From the NCBI RefSeq assembly GCF_003334315.1, contig NZ_QOWR01000008.1: DNA of 64,000 nt. The stretch is one strand, 5' to 3'. A model generated the notes under the pieces. The model saw only the letters and a program-made list of their open reading frames with translations. It was not told where the DNA came from and ran no database searches. Below are positions 1-11,301 of this stretch, piece by piece. A program made the translations under genes and the position numbers. This DNA comes from Escherichia coli. GTDB taxonomy: Bacteria; Pseudomonadota; Gammaproteobacteria; Enterobacterales; Enterobacteriaceae. Each line of letters begins with the position of its first letter. Position 1 is the stretch's first letter.

Positions 1-148
1 GCGCTGGTGGTGGTGTTTCTCTGTGGTATTGCTGTGATTGGCGTGCAATTTTTGATTGCGGCAGGGTTGTTACCAGAAGTGGGGTGATCAGATAGCCTCA
101 AATTCCTTATTGGGTGCCAGAATTAACGCTGACACCCAATTTGACTTC

Positions 149-814
149 TTAATGCAGGCAGCACTGCTTAAATTTCTTACCACTGCCGCACGGACAAGGA
201 TCGTTACGCCCCGGTTTCTCTTCTGCTTTGATCGGTTGCTGAACAGCTTTTTCCTGCGGATGCGCCATCCAGTATGCATGTAAATCAAGCGCCGCCAGTC
301 GAATGGCATCTACGCTCTCTTCAAACGCTTCTGGCGACATCTTCTCTACCCGCTCGAAGTTGTCCTCAGTACCGTGCAGCGCTATCGCCTCCAGCGCTGG
401 TTTTAACGAATCGGGCAATGTTGACCAGTCAGAAAGTGCCACGCCCCGCATATAGCCAAAGCACCACTCCTCAACAATCGTCAGCTCGCTGCCATCAACT
501 TCTCGCAAGCCGAATAGCGGCTCAAACTGCTCCGGGAATTCGTTCAGACGCTCTGCGGTATCGGCCATATGTTGAAAGGCCAGGTTCATAAAGCGTGTCA
601 TCTCTTTCTCAGACGCCCAGCGCGGCACATAGTCAGCCCCACCCCACACGGCAACCAGCCACTGTGCCGGTTCAATCTCTTGCGGAGAACTCAACACCGC
701 CGTCAATAAACCGTCCAGCTCCGCCACATCAAGGATGGCGTGGTCAGTGTTGTATTTGGTCAGAATATCGTCCAGCCATTCCAACTCACTTTCGTTTAAC
801 GGTCCCGTTTTCAT
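149..814 (-). CDS. yecA: YecA, UPF0149 family protein with C-terminal SEC-C metal-binding motif
   Basis: 221-aa ORF ending [16 protein letters not shown] (SecA-type zinc motif); length and sequence match remembered E. coli YecA. Confidence 0.85.
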   Translation of the reverse strand: MKTGPLNESELEWLDDILTKYNTDHAILDVAELDGLLTAVLSSPQEIEPAQWLVAVWGGADYVPRWASEKEMTRFMNLAFQHMADTAERLNEFPEQFEPLFGLREVDGSELTIVEEWCFGYMRGVALSDWSTLPDSLKPALEAIALHGTEDNFERVEKMSPEAFEESVDAIRLAALDLHAYWMAHPQEKAVQQPIKAEEKPGRNDPCPCGSGKKFKQCCLH

Positions 815-1009
815 ACGCTTTTCCTTGTGGATCTCAACTCGCCAGCACCTATCTTACATGCCGGTCCGTATCAGAGATACTTTTTGAGTGGCTTTGCCGG
901 TGATTAAAAATTAAGGAGGGTGTAACGACAAGTTGCAGGCACAAAAAAACCACCCGAAGGTGGTTTCACGACACTGCTTATTGCTTTGATTTTATTCTTA
1001 TCTTTCCCA

Positions 1010-1096
1010 TGGTACCCGGAGCGGGACTTGAACCCGCACAGCGCGAACGCCGAGGGATTTTAAATCCCTTGTGTCTACCGATTCCACCATCCGGGC
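1010..1096 (-). tRNA. leuZ: tRNA-Leu
   Basis: reverse complement reads GCCCGGATGGTGGAATCGGTAGACACAAGGGATTTAAAATCCCTCGGCGTTCGCGCTGTGCGGGTTCAAGTCCCGCTCCGGGTACCA, a type II tRNA ending in CCA. Confidence 0.9.
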
Positions 1097-1108
1097 TCGG
1101 GAAGAAAG

Positions 1109-1182
1109 TGGAGGCGCGTTCCGGAGTCGAACCGGACTAGACGGATTTGCAATCCGCTACATAACCGCTTTGTTAACGCGCC
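1109..1182 (-). tRNA. cysT: tRNA-Cys
   Basis: reverse complement GGCGCGTTAACAAAGCGGTTATGTAGCGGATTGCAAATCCGTCTAGTCCGGTTCGACTCCGGAACGCGCCTCCA, GCA anticodon, CCA end. Confidence 0.9.
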
Positions 1183-1236
1183 AAATTCTTCAGGCCTTTC
1201 AGCCAGACATCCGCTTGAGGCCGATGTCTTTTAAAC

Positions 1237-1312
<76 letters not shown>

Positions 1313-1463
1313 ATTCATCAAGCAATCAGTTAATCACTTGATTTTATTATCGTCTGGCAATCAGTGCCGCCGTTCGATGCGTTGCATTCTACTTACCTGG
1401 CGCGATGAGTCAACGATATTTTTCACCACTTTTGATCGTTTGCTGAAAATTGCACCAAAGCGA

Positions 1464-2012
1464 TCACTGATCAAGCAAATCTGCACGCGCAGCGCTCAAA
1501 TATTGCAACATTGACCACAGAGTCAGTACCGCAGCCACAAAGAAAAGTGCAATACCGGCGTACTCAACCCAAATGTTCGGACGCCACAGCAGCCAGGCCA
1601 ACGCCACCATCTGGGCCGTAGTTTTCACTTTCCCAATCCAGGAGACAGCCACGCTACTGCGTTTACCCAACTCCGCCATCCATTCGCGTAGCGCAGAAAT
1701 AATAATTTCACGGGCGATCATCGTTGCCGCCGGTAAGGTCACCCACCAGCTGTGATAATGCTCGGTTACCAGCACCATGGCGATAGCCACGAGAACTTTA
1801 TCTGCGACAGGGTCAAGGAAAGCACCAAACCGGGTACTCTGGTTCCAGCGGCGTGCCAGAAAACCATCGAACCAGTCAGTCACCGCCGCGACGCAGAAAA
1901 TGAGCGCGGCGGCAAACGGCGACCAGGTGACAGGCAGATAAAAGACCAATACAAAGAATGGGATAAGGATGACACGGAACAGTGTAAGCAACGTAGGGAT
2001 ATTAAATTGCAT
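1464..2012 (-). CDS. pgsA: CDP-diacylglycerol--glycerol-3-phosphate 3-phosphatidyltransferase
   Basis: 182-aa membrane protein with the FFVLVFYLP...[13 protein letters not shown]-alcohol phosphatidyltransferase motif; sits directly downstream of the tRNA cluster as in E. coli. Confidence 0.9.
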
Positions 2013-2068
2013 AATGACGGGTAACTATCTGTTGTCAGTAAGATTACCCCTATGTTGCTACAGAGACA

Positions 2069-3901
2069 TCAATGTTTCAACGACCAGAAGATCTTTTCTG
2101 CCAGACCTTGCGAAATACCCGGCACTTTTGCAATTTCCTCGACGCTGGCGTTACGTAAACCTTGCAAACCGCCCATATATTTCAACAACATTTGCCGGCG
2201 TTTTGGCCCGACGCCTTCAATGGTTTCCAGGGAACTGGTATTTTTGACCTTCGCCCGTTTTTTACGGTGCCCGCCAATCGCGTGATCGTGTGATTCATCG
2301 CGAATATGCTGGATAACATGCAGCGCGGGAGAATCTGGCGGCAAACTGAATCCCTCACCTTCCGGCTCAAAGAACAGCGTTTCCAGCCCAGCCTTACGAT
2401 CTACTCCTTTGGCAACGCCAAGTAGCAGCGGATGATTTTTATCCCATGAGACATCCAGTTCGGCGAAGACATTTTTCGCCTGCGCAAGCTGGCCTTTGCC
2501 GCCGTCGATAAGTATCACATCCGGGATCTTACTGTCGTCGATGGCTTTACCATAACGCCGACGCAGCACCTGATTCATCGCCGCATAATCATCGCCCGGC
2601 GTGATGCCAGTAATGTTATAGCGCCGATACTCCGCACGCAGCGGGCCGTTAGCATCAAACACCACACAGGAAGCGACGGTTTGTTCACCCATGGTATGGC
2701 TGATGTCAAAGCACTCCATCCGCTTCACTTCCGGCAATTTCAACACACTGGCAAGTGCTGTAAGCCGCTGGTGAACGGTAGATTGCTGCGAAAGTTTGCT
2801 GGTTAAGGCCGTCGCCGCATTGGTGCGCGCGAGTTTCAGATAACGCGCCCGATCGCCGCGAGGTTTGGTTTGAACATTAATCTTGCGTCCCGCCAGTTCT
2901 GAAAGGGAATCGGCGAGCAGCGTTTTATCGCTAAGATTAAAATCGAGCAGGATCTCACCCGGTAAGGTGCGCATCTGGCTGCCTTGTAAATAGAACTGAC
3001 CTACGAAGGTTTCTACCACCTCGCTCAGTTCCGTACCGCCAGGCACTTTCGGGAAATAGCTGCGGCTGCCGAGCACTTTGCCCTGACGAATGAACAATAC
3101 GTGGACACAAGCCATGCCCGCATCGAACGCCACACCAATAACGTCGAGGTCGTCGCCGGTATTGGAAACGAATTGTTTTTCGGTGACGCGTCGCACCGCC
3201 TGAATTTGGTCGCGAATACGTGCCGCTTCTTCAAACTCCAGATTCTGGCTGGCAGTTTCCATACGACTAATGAGTTGCGTAAGCACCTGATCATCTTTGC
3301 CAGACAAAAACAGGCGCACATACTCGACCTGCTGAGCGTATTCTTCTTCACTCACCAGTCCTTCAACGCACGGTCCCAGACAGCGCCCTATCTGATATTG
3401 CAGACACGGACGCGAGCGATTGCGATAAACACTATTTTCGCACTGGCGAATGGGGAAAATCTTTTGCAGTAGCGCCAGTGTTTCACGTACGGCATAGCCA
3501 TTCGGGAACGGGCCGAAATATTCACCTTTGGCATGCTTCGCACCACGATGCATCGCCAGACGCGGGTGGGTATCGCCACTCAGGAAGATAAAAGGATAAG
3601 ATTTATCATCGCGTAGCAAAACGTTGTAACGCGGCTGATAGAGTTTGATGTAGTTGTGTTCCAGCAACAGCGCTTCGGTTTCTGTATGAGTAACCGTTAC
3701 ATCAATTTGCTGGATCTGGGCGACCAGCGCTTCGGTTTTGCGCGAAGCGAGGTTGCTACGGAAATAGCTGGAAAGCCGTTTTTTCAGGTCTTTCGCTTTG
3801 CCGACATAGATAACCGTACCACCAGCATCGTACATGCGATAAACGCCTGGCTGGCTGGTTACGGTTTTTAAAAACGCTTTTGCGTCAAACTGATCACTCA
3901 C
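2069..3901 (-). CDS. uvrC: excinuclease ABC subunit C
   Basis: 610 aa; N-terminal GIY-YIG ([25 protein letters not shown]) and C-terminal helix-hairpin-helix; start overlaps the uvrY stop. Confidence 0.95.
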   Translation of the reverse strand: MSDQFDAKAFLKTVTSQPGVYRMYDAGGTVIYVGKAKDLKKRLSSYFRSNLASRKTEALVAQIQQIDVTVTHTETEALLLEHNYIKLYQPRYNVLLRDDKSYPFIFLSGDTHPRLAMHRGAKHAKGEYFGPFPNGYAVRETLALLQKIFPIRQCENSVYRNRSRPCLQYQIGRCLGPCVEGLVSEEEYAQQVEYVRLFLSGKDDQVLTQLISRMETASQNLEFEEAARIRDQIQAVRRVTEKQFVSNTGDDLDVIGVAFDAGMACVHVLFIRQGKVLGSRSYFPKVPGGTELSEVVETFVGQFYLQGSQMRTLPGEILLDFNLSDKTLLADSLSELAGRKINVQTKPRGDRARYLKLARTNAATALTSKLSQQSTVHQRLTALASVLKLPEVKRMECFDISHTMGEQTVASCVVFDANGPLRAEYRRYNITGITPGDDYAAMNQVLRRRYGKAIDDSKIPDVILIDGGKGQLAQAKNVFAELDVSWDKNHPLLLGVAKGVDRKAGLETLFFEPEGEGFSLPPDSPALHVIQHIRDESHDHAIGGHRKKRAKVKNTSSLETIEGVGPKRRQMLLKYMGGLQGLRNASVEEIAKVPGISQGLAEKIFWSLKH

Positions 3902-4554
3902 TGACTTGATAATGTCTCCGCATTACACAGACCATGGCGAATTGCCAGGTGAGTCAGCTCAACATCGCCATGAATGTTTAGTTTACTGAACATACGATAG
4001 CGGTAGCTGTTCACCGTTTTCGGACTGAGATTGAGCTGTTCTGAGATCTCATTGACCTTCTGGCCCTTGGTGATCATCAGCATAATCTGCAATTCACGTT
4101 CAGACAAACTGGCAAATGGGCTTTCTGTTTTTTCTGGTTCGATCTGGCTTAACGCCATTTGTTGAGCGATGTCAGAAGCAATGTAACGCTGCCCTGAATA
4201 GACAGAACGAATCGCACTCACGACTTCCTGCGGAGCCGCGCCTTTGCTGAGGTAGCCCGCAGCACCGGCCTGCATGACTTTCGCTGGTAAAGGGTTTTCT
4301 GTATGGACGGTAAGCATGATGATTTTGACATCAGCTGTGGAACGCGCGATTTTACGCGTCGCCTCAAGACCGCCAATGCCCGGCATACTCATGTCCATTA
4401 GCACCACGTCAACGGCATTTGCCCGACACCACTTAACGGCGTCTTCACCGCACGATGCCTCACCGACGACTTTTATACCCTTTATATCTTCCAGAATGCG
4501 TCGTATCCCTGCGCGCACCAGTTCGTGGTCATCAACAAGTAGAACGTTGATCAA
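3898..4554 (-). CDS. uvrY: BarA/UvrY two-component response regulator (LuxR/FixJ family)
   Basis: 218 aa; receiver domain [21 protein letters not shown] plus C-terminal HTH; co-oriented with and overlapping uvrC. Confidence 0.95.
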   Translation of the reverse strand: MINVLLVDDHELVRAGIRRILEDIKGIKVVGEASCGEDAVKWCRANAVDVVLMDMSMPGIGGLEATRKIARSTADVKIIMLTVHTENPLPAKVMQAGAAGYLSKGAAPQEVVSAIRSVYSGQRYIASDIAQQMALSQIEPEKTESPFASLSERELQIMLMITKGQKVNEISEQLNLSPKTVNSYRYRMFSKLNIHGDVELTHLAIRHGLCNAETLSSQ

Positions 4555-4935
4555 AGGAATATCTCCAGAAATAGGGATAACGCTACTGATAGTTAGTCAT
4601 TCGTATATTAGCGGTTTTTATTGCAACTTTGAAACGTTAAAAATGGTGGGTATTCGATTTTTCTCTCGTTTTTGTCAATTCGATTGTCCACAGTTATGGT
4701 CACGCCCGTCACCAACGGCTTACCGGATCGTTTCACAGTAAGCCCGGCGATGAAATGTGACAAAAATTGACTTTATTCAGCAAAAATGAAAATCAGCCCG
4801 CTGAATATGTAACATTAATTAACCCAAACAATACGGGCAAAAAACATTCATGATAAAAATATTTATTGGTCATTATATTAACGTATTTTATAGCACTGTT
4901 GATATCACGCTCAAAAAACAACCACTGCTATTTTT

Positions 4936-4960
4936 AGCAAAGCTTATGGTATACTCCGCC
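4936..4960 (+). promoter_or_regulatory. probable yecF promoter (extended -10 TGGTATACT)
   Basis: TATGGTATACT sits about 60 nt upstream of the yecF ATG. Confidence 0.35.
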
Positions 4961-5012
4961 GCCTTAACATTTTTCACCGCAAATTTTCATTGCAACATGA
5001 CGAGGAAAATAA

Positions 5013-5237
5013 ATGAGTACGCCTGATTTTTCTACTGCCGAGAATAATCAAGAACTGGCAAATGAAGTCTCCTGCCTGAAAGCGATGCTGACGCTGATGC
5101 TGCAGGCGATGGGACAAGCTGACGCGGGCCGCGTGATGTTAAAGATGGAAAAACAGCTTGCGCTGATCGAAGACGAAACCCAGGCTGCAGTATTTTCCAA
5201 AACGGTTAAGCAAATTAAACAAGCCTACCGTCAGTAA
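5013..5237 (+). CDS. yecF: small protein YecF (DUF2594)
   Basis: 74-aa [29 protein letters not shown]... matches remembered YecF; followed by a strong hairpin terminator. Confidence 0.85.
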
Positions 5238-5240
5238 TAT

Positions 5241-5277
5241 AAAACCGGCTGAGAACGTGCCTTTCAGCCGGTTTTTG
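5241..5277. terminator. bidirectional rho-independent terminator between yecF and sdiA
   Basis: AAAACCGGCTGAGAACGTGCCTTTCAGCCGGTTTTTG: an 8-bp GC-rich stem flanked by an A-run and a T-run. Confidence 0.75.
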
Positions 5278-5303
5278 CATCTGACACGCAGAAAGAAAAG
5301 AGA

Positions 5304-6026
5304 TCAAATTAAGCCAGTAGCGGCCGCGTAACAGGCAACCTGGGTCTTATTCGGTGCATTGATTTTTTTCTGCATGTTTTTCTGATGGAAATTGACCGTA
5401 TTCTCAGAGATTGACAAAATCATCGCTATCTCTGCTGATGTCTTCCCTTCCGCCGTCCACCTCAGAATTTCTTTTTCGCGCTTGCTGAAATTCATCTCTG
5501 GCGTCATCACTATTTCATCATTTAAACGCATCAGAGCCATCAGACTTTCGCGCACCAGTAACTGCATTTTTAATTGCAGTTCATCACTAAGAATGGGTAT
5601 TTCGCGCGCGCTGCAACGGGAAAAGGACAAAAAGCCCAGCGCCCGGTTTGGCAGCATTAAATACTGAGTGACACCGCGGCGTAAACCATGTGCGCGCGCG
5701 GCTTCCCATAACGGCTGTGCTTCGTTGAATAAGTCATCATTCCACATTAGATGGCCCTGACTAAAGTTTTCAGGGTTCAGCACCGGATCAATTGCGAGAA
5801 AGTTTTTTGCCTGATAATAACTAACCCACGCCTCAGGGTAATTGGTGTAGAAAGCCACTTTAGGTCGCGTGAATGGTACCGGGTGGCGAACACATAACGA
5901 ATAGTAATCGTACTCCAGCTGCTGAGCCTGAAGCTCTATTTCATGGTAGACCTCTTCTGCGGCCTCCATCCTCTGAAAACGCAACAGCATCGTGCGACGC
6001 CAGCTGAAAAAATCCGTATCCTGCAT
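5304..6026 (-). CDS. sdiA: LuxR-family quorum-sensing regulator SdiA
   Basis: sequence MQDTDFFSWRRTMLLRFQRME... ends ...VACYAAATGLI; the ORF track begins 4 codons upstream, and I chose the MQD start seen in K-12. Confidence 0.9.
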   Translation of the reverse strand: MQDTDFFSWRRTMLLRFQRMEAAEEVYHEIELQAQQLEYDYYSLCVRHPVPFTRPKVAFYTNYPEAWVSYYQAKNFLAIDPVLNPENFSQGHLMWNDDLFNEAQPLWEAARAHGLRRGVTQYLMLPNRALGFLSFSRCSAREIPILSDELQLKMQLLVRESLMALMRLNDEIVMTPEMNFSKREKEILRWTAEGKTSAEIAMILSISENTVNFHQKNMQKKINAPNKTQVACYAAATGLI

Positions 6027-6073
6027 AGTAAACCGCAACGCCCCTGAGAGTGAGTATCATTTATAATGATAAT

Positions 6074-6254
6074 TCAAACTATCACATAAATAAGATTTAT
6101 ATATAATTTATATTATTCAGGCAATGAATTACTTTTGCAAGCCATCACATTCTCTTATGTTATTAATGAGTTATGCTGATTTGTTAAGCAGTTTTATCAC
6201 GCTTGAAATAGCGTCCCGCCCCGACAGGTGAATCGTCGGGGCTGATTTTTTCTT
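6074..6254 (+). ncRNA. sdsN: candidate sRNA in the sdiA-tcyN intergenic region, possibly SdsN
   Basis: plus-strand intrinsic terminator (GCCCCGAC-loop-GTCGGGGC then TGATTTTTTCTT) ends at 6254; three AT-rich -10-like elements (TTATAAT, TATATAAT, TTATATTAT) lie about 180, 139 and 125 nt upstream, which matches the three nested isoforms reported for SdsN. Confidence 0.45.
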
Positions 6255-6255
6255 A

Positions 6256-7008
6256 TTATTGCAGCAGAAACTTCTCGAGGAACTGGCGGGTGCGAGGCTG
6301 CTGGGGATCGGCAAATAACGCTTTTGCTGCCCCCTGCTCGACTATCCGCCCCTGGTCCATAAAAATCGCCCGGTCCGCAACATCCCGGGCAAAGCTCATT
6401 TCGTGCGTCACAATCACCATCGTGCGCTTTTCCTGCGCCAGCTGACGGATGGTATTCAGGACTTCGCCCACCAGCTCTGGATCCAGCGCTGACGTTGGCT
6501 CGTCAAACAAAATCACCTCAGGACGCATTGCCAGCGCACGCGCAATCGCAACACGCTGCTGTTGACCGCCAGACAAACGACGTGGATAGCTGGTTTCTTT
6601 ACCGGCCAGCCCAACTTTCGCCAGTAGCTCGCGAGCGCGCGCCGTGGCCTCTTCTTTCGGTTCGCCTTTGACGATCACCGGCCCTTCAATAATGTTCTCC
6701 AGCACCGTACGATGCGGAAACAAATTAAAGTTCTGGAAGACAAACCCGACGTGCTGACGCAACTGGCGAATCAGCGATTTTTGCTGACTTAATGAACGTG
6801 CAGTATCAATAGTGATATCGCCAACGGTGATCGTTCCCGCTTCGGGTTGTTCCAGCAGATTTATGCTGCGTAGCAACGTGGTTTTGCCGGAACCACTCGG
6901 ACCGATAATTGCCACCACTTCGCCAGGCTTTACCTCGAGGTCGATACCGTGCAGCACCGTCTGACCGTGGAATTTTTTCACCAGGTTCTTAACTTCAATG
7001 GCACTCAT
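6256..7008 (-). CDS. tcyN: cystine ABC transporter ATP-binding protein
   Basis: 250 aa; Walker A GPSGSGKTT, ABC signature LSGGQQQRVAIARAL, Walker B ILFDEPTSALD. Confidence 0.9.
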   Translation of the reverse strand: MSAIEVKNLVKKFHGQTVLHGIDLEVKPGEVVAIIGPSGSGKTTLLRSINLLEQPEAGTITVGDITIDTARSLSQQKSLIRQLRQHVGFVFQNFNLFPHRTVLENIIEGPVIVKGEPKEEATARARELLAKVGLAGKETSYPRRLSGGQQQRVAIARALAMRPEVILFDEPTSALDPELVGEVLNTIRQLAQEKRTMVIVTHEMSFARDVADRAIFMDQGRIVEQGAAKALFADPQQPRTRQFLEKFLLQ

Positions 7009-7673
7009 TTTGGTTCTCTCTCCTGGCGATTAAGTTGATTCTCAAAATGGTTCTGCAACGTCGATAACACAGTCGCCATGATCCAGTAGATGAGCGAAGC
7101 CGCCAGATACATGGTGAACACCTCCAGCGTACGCGAGGTAATCAACTGCGCCTGACGGAACAGCTCCGGCACCTGGATTGTCGCGGCCAGCGACGTATCT
7201 TTTACCAGGCTGATAAAGCTGTTCGACAGCGGCGGCAACGCCACACGCGCCGCCTGTGGCAAAATCGCGCGACGCATGGTCTGCCACGGCGTCATACCAA
7301 TACTGGCTGCCGCTTCCCACTGACCTTTATCAATAGAAGAAATGGCGGCGCGCAGCGTTTCGGCAGCATAGGCGGCAGTGTTCAACGACAGACCAATCAT
7401 TGCTGACGGAATGGGATCTAATTCGATACCAAACTGCGGCAGGCCGTAATAGATCATAAACAGTTGTGCGATGAGCGGCGTACCACGAAAAATAGAGATA
7501 TAAAAACGCGCCAGCCAGCGCACGGGCCAGATTGGCGACAGGCGCATCAGCGCGAGAATAAACCCGAGCAGTAAGCCAAAAAACATGCCGCCGATACTGA
7601 GTTGCAGCGTATACCCAGCACCTTTCAGCAGGAACGGCAAGGAATCAATAACCAGTTGTATACTTTCTTGCAT
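7005..7673 (-). CDS. tcyL: cystine ABC transporter permease
   Basis: 222-aa polar amino-acid ABC permease; its stop overlaps the tcyN start. Confidence 0.9.
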   Translation of the reverse strand: MQESIQLVIDSLPFLLKGAGYTLQLSIGGMFFGLLLGFILALMRLSPIWPVRWLARFYISIFRGTPLIAQLFMIYYGLPQFGIELDPIPSAMIGLSLNTAAYAAETLRAAISSIDKGQWEAAASIGMTPWQTMRRAILPQAARVALPPLSNSFISLVKDTSLAATIQVPELFRQAQLITSRTLEVFTMYLAASLIYWIMATVLSTLQNHFENQLNRQEREPK

Positions 7674-7687
7674 GAGCGTTTCCGGAG

Positions 7688-9579
<1,892 letters not shown>

Positions 9580-9666
9580 ATTCACCCCGAATGTTGTTAT
9601 GTCTGTTTGCAGTGTAGAGCCATTGTTTGTAAACACAAAAACAACTCCGCTACATCTTATTCTTAT

Positions 9667-10218
9667 TTAATATATATCAGAAGCAGGCAGGCTGGAGGAT
9701 TTCTGCACAAGTCCGGTACAGGTTTGGCGCTGATAGTGTTGATACTTCCGTAACGCGATGCGGTAATTGTTGGTGCTGGTGGTGGGCAGCCACGGGGCGA
9801 GGATTTCATCAAGGAAACCGTCCTGCAGCTGATCGAGGGAAATATTTTGCTCGTGTAGATGATTCCCCAAACGGCGCAGACGAACGACATATTCACGCAC
9901 CGTACCTGGGCTCATTTCAGTTTGCTCAAAAAGAAATTGCTTAAAGCCGATAATATCGAAAAAATCACTCTGCGTTTTGCAATGTAAATCACCGCAAAAT
10001 CGGCACAATGCCGCCCATGATTTTTGTTCCGTTTGCCAGCCCTTTTCATCAAGCAGCGTGTCCAGGCGGGAAATCTCGATTTTATTCACTATTTTGCCGT
10101 CGCGAACGAGGGTAATGCGATCGAGTAATTTACGGCAATGCGCGCAATGGGTCTGGCTGTGTTTAAAGTCTTTAAGATAGCGGCTTAATGGCCGTCTTTT
10201 CAGGTGCTGCACCATCAT
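9667..10218 (-). CDS. fliZ: flagellar regulatory protein FliZ
   Basis: MMVQHLKRRPLSRYLKDFKHSQTHCAHCRKLLD...; 183 aa after trimming 12 upstream codons. Confidence 0.9.
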   Translation of the reverse strand: MMVQHLKRRPLSRYLKDFKHSQTHCAHCRKLLDRITLVRDGKIVNKIEISRLDTLLDEKGWQTEQKSWAALCRFCGDLHCKTQSDFFDIIGFKQFLFEQTEMSPGTVREYVVRLRRLGNHLHEQNISLDQLQDGFLDEILAPWLPTTSTNNYRIALRKYQHYQRQTCTGLVQKSSSLPASDIY

Positions 10219-10263
10219 TAAGAACTCCTGGTAGTCAAAGTTAAAGTGCGGCATTTACTGACG

Positions 10264-10983
10264 TTATAACTTACCCAGTTTAGTGCGTAACCGTTTAATA
10301 GCCTGGCTGTGTAACTGACTGACCCGCGATTCCCCGACCTCCAGCACTGCACCAATCTCTTTGAGATTCAGCTCTTCCTGGTAATAGAGGGTTAATACCA
10401 GTTTTTCGCGCTCCGGCAACGTTTCGATGGCTTCCATCACCCGCTGGCGCAGATTATTGTCCAGCAGTTGTTGTAGCGGGTTTTCTCGCTGATGATCATC
10501 AGTAACCAGTTCGATGCTATCGCCGTGCTCTTCGCGCCACTCATCGTAGGAGAAGAGCTGGCTGTTATTGGTGTCGAGCAACATTTGGCGATAATCGGCA
10601 ATATCGATCCCTAAACGTTCCGCTACCTCAGTTTCCGTGGCGTTGCGGCCAAGTTCCTGCTCCAGTTGCCCTATTGCCTGTGCCACTTCACGCGCGTTGC
10701 GTCGCACGCTGCGCGGCACCCAGTCACGGCTGCGAAGTTCATCCAGCATAGCGCCACGGATACGCTGCACTGCGTAAGTTGTAAATGCCGTTCCTTGTAG
10801 GGCGTCATAGCGTTCGACGGCATTAAGTAACCCAATGCCGCCCGCCTGTAGCAGATCGTCAAGTTCCACGCTCGCGGGCAGTCGAACCTGCAGGCGCAAT
10901 GCTTCGTGACGCACCAGCGGGACATAACGCTGCCACAGCGAGTGTTTATCCATTACACCTTCAGCGGTATAGAGTGAATTCAC
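10264..10983 (-). CDS. fliA: flagellar sigma factor sigma-28
   Basis: 239 aa MNSLYTAEGVMDKHSLWQRYVPLVRHEALRL...; sigma-70 family regions 2 to 4. Confidence 0.95.
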   Translation of the reverse strand: MNSLYTAEGVMDKHSLWQRYVPLVRHEALRLQVRLPASVELDDLLQAGGIGLLNAVERYDALQGTAFTTYAVQRIRGAMLDELRSRDWVPRSVRRNAREVAQAIGQLEQELGRNATETEVAERLGIDIADYRQMLLDTNNSQLFSYDEWREEHGDSIELVTDDHQRENPLQQLLDNNLRQRVMEAIETLPEREKLVLTLYYQEELNLKEIGAVLEVGESRVSQLHSQAIKRLRTKLGKL

Positions 10984-11103
10984 GATAAACAGCCCTGCGT
11001 TATATGAGTTATCGGCATGATTATCCGTTTCTGCAGGGTTTTTAATCGGACGATTAGTGGGTGAAATGAGGGGTTATTTGGGGGTTACCGGTAAATTGCG
11101 GGC

Positions 11104-11129
11104 AGAAAAAACCCCGCCGTTGGCGGGGA
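11104..11129 (-). terminator. fliC rho-independent terminator
   Basis: minus strand reads CTTCCCCGCCAACGGCGGGGTTTTTTCTGCC. Confidence 0.7.
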
Positions 11130-11160
11130 AGCACGTTGCTGACAAATTACCATTCATGTT

Positions 11161-11258
11161 GCCGGATGCGGCGTAACGCCTTATCCGGCCTACAAAAATC
11201 TGCAAATTCAATAAATTGCAATTCACCTTGTAGGCCTGATAAGCACAGCGCACCAGGC
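11161..11258. repeat. REP/BIME palindromic repeats
   Basis: GCCGGATGCGGCGTAACGCCTTATCCGGCCTAC and an inverted copy GTAGGCCTGATAAGCACAGCGCACCAGGC. Confidence 0.6.
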
Positions 11259-11301
11259 AATTTGGCGTTGCCGTCAGTCTCAGTTAATCAGGTTACGACG
11301 A

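Larger units (their letters stand above)
11104..11301 (-). ncRNA. fliX: fliC 3' UTR, expected source of the 3'UTR-derived sRNA FliX
   Basis: about 200 nt between the fliC stop and its terminator; includes REP copies; assignment follows the published description of FliX as a fliC 3'UTR product. Confidence 0.35.

Noticed and set aside
6218-6254. Terminator at the tcyN 3' end taken as the tcyN terminator only
   Set aside because: The T-run is on the plus strand. The minus-strand side has only a weak U-tract. It is therefore assigned primarily to a plus-strand sRNA candidate, although it may give weak bidirectional termination.
7042-7320. 92-aa ORF embedded in tcyL in another frame
   Set aside because: A frame-shifted shadow ORF inside a conserved permease gene.
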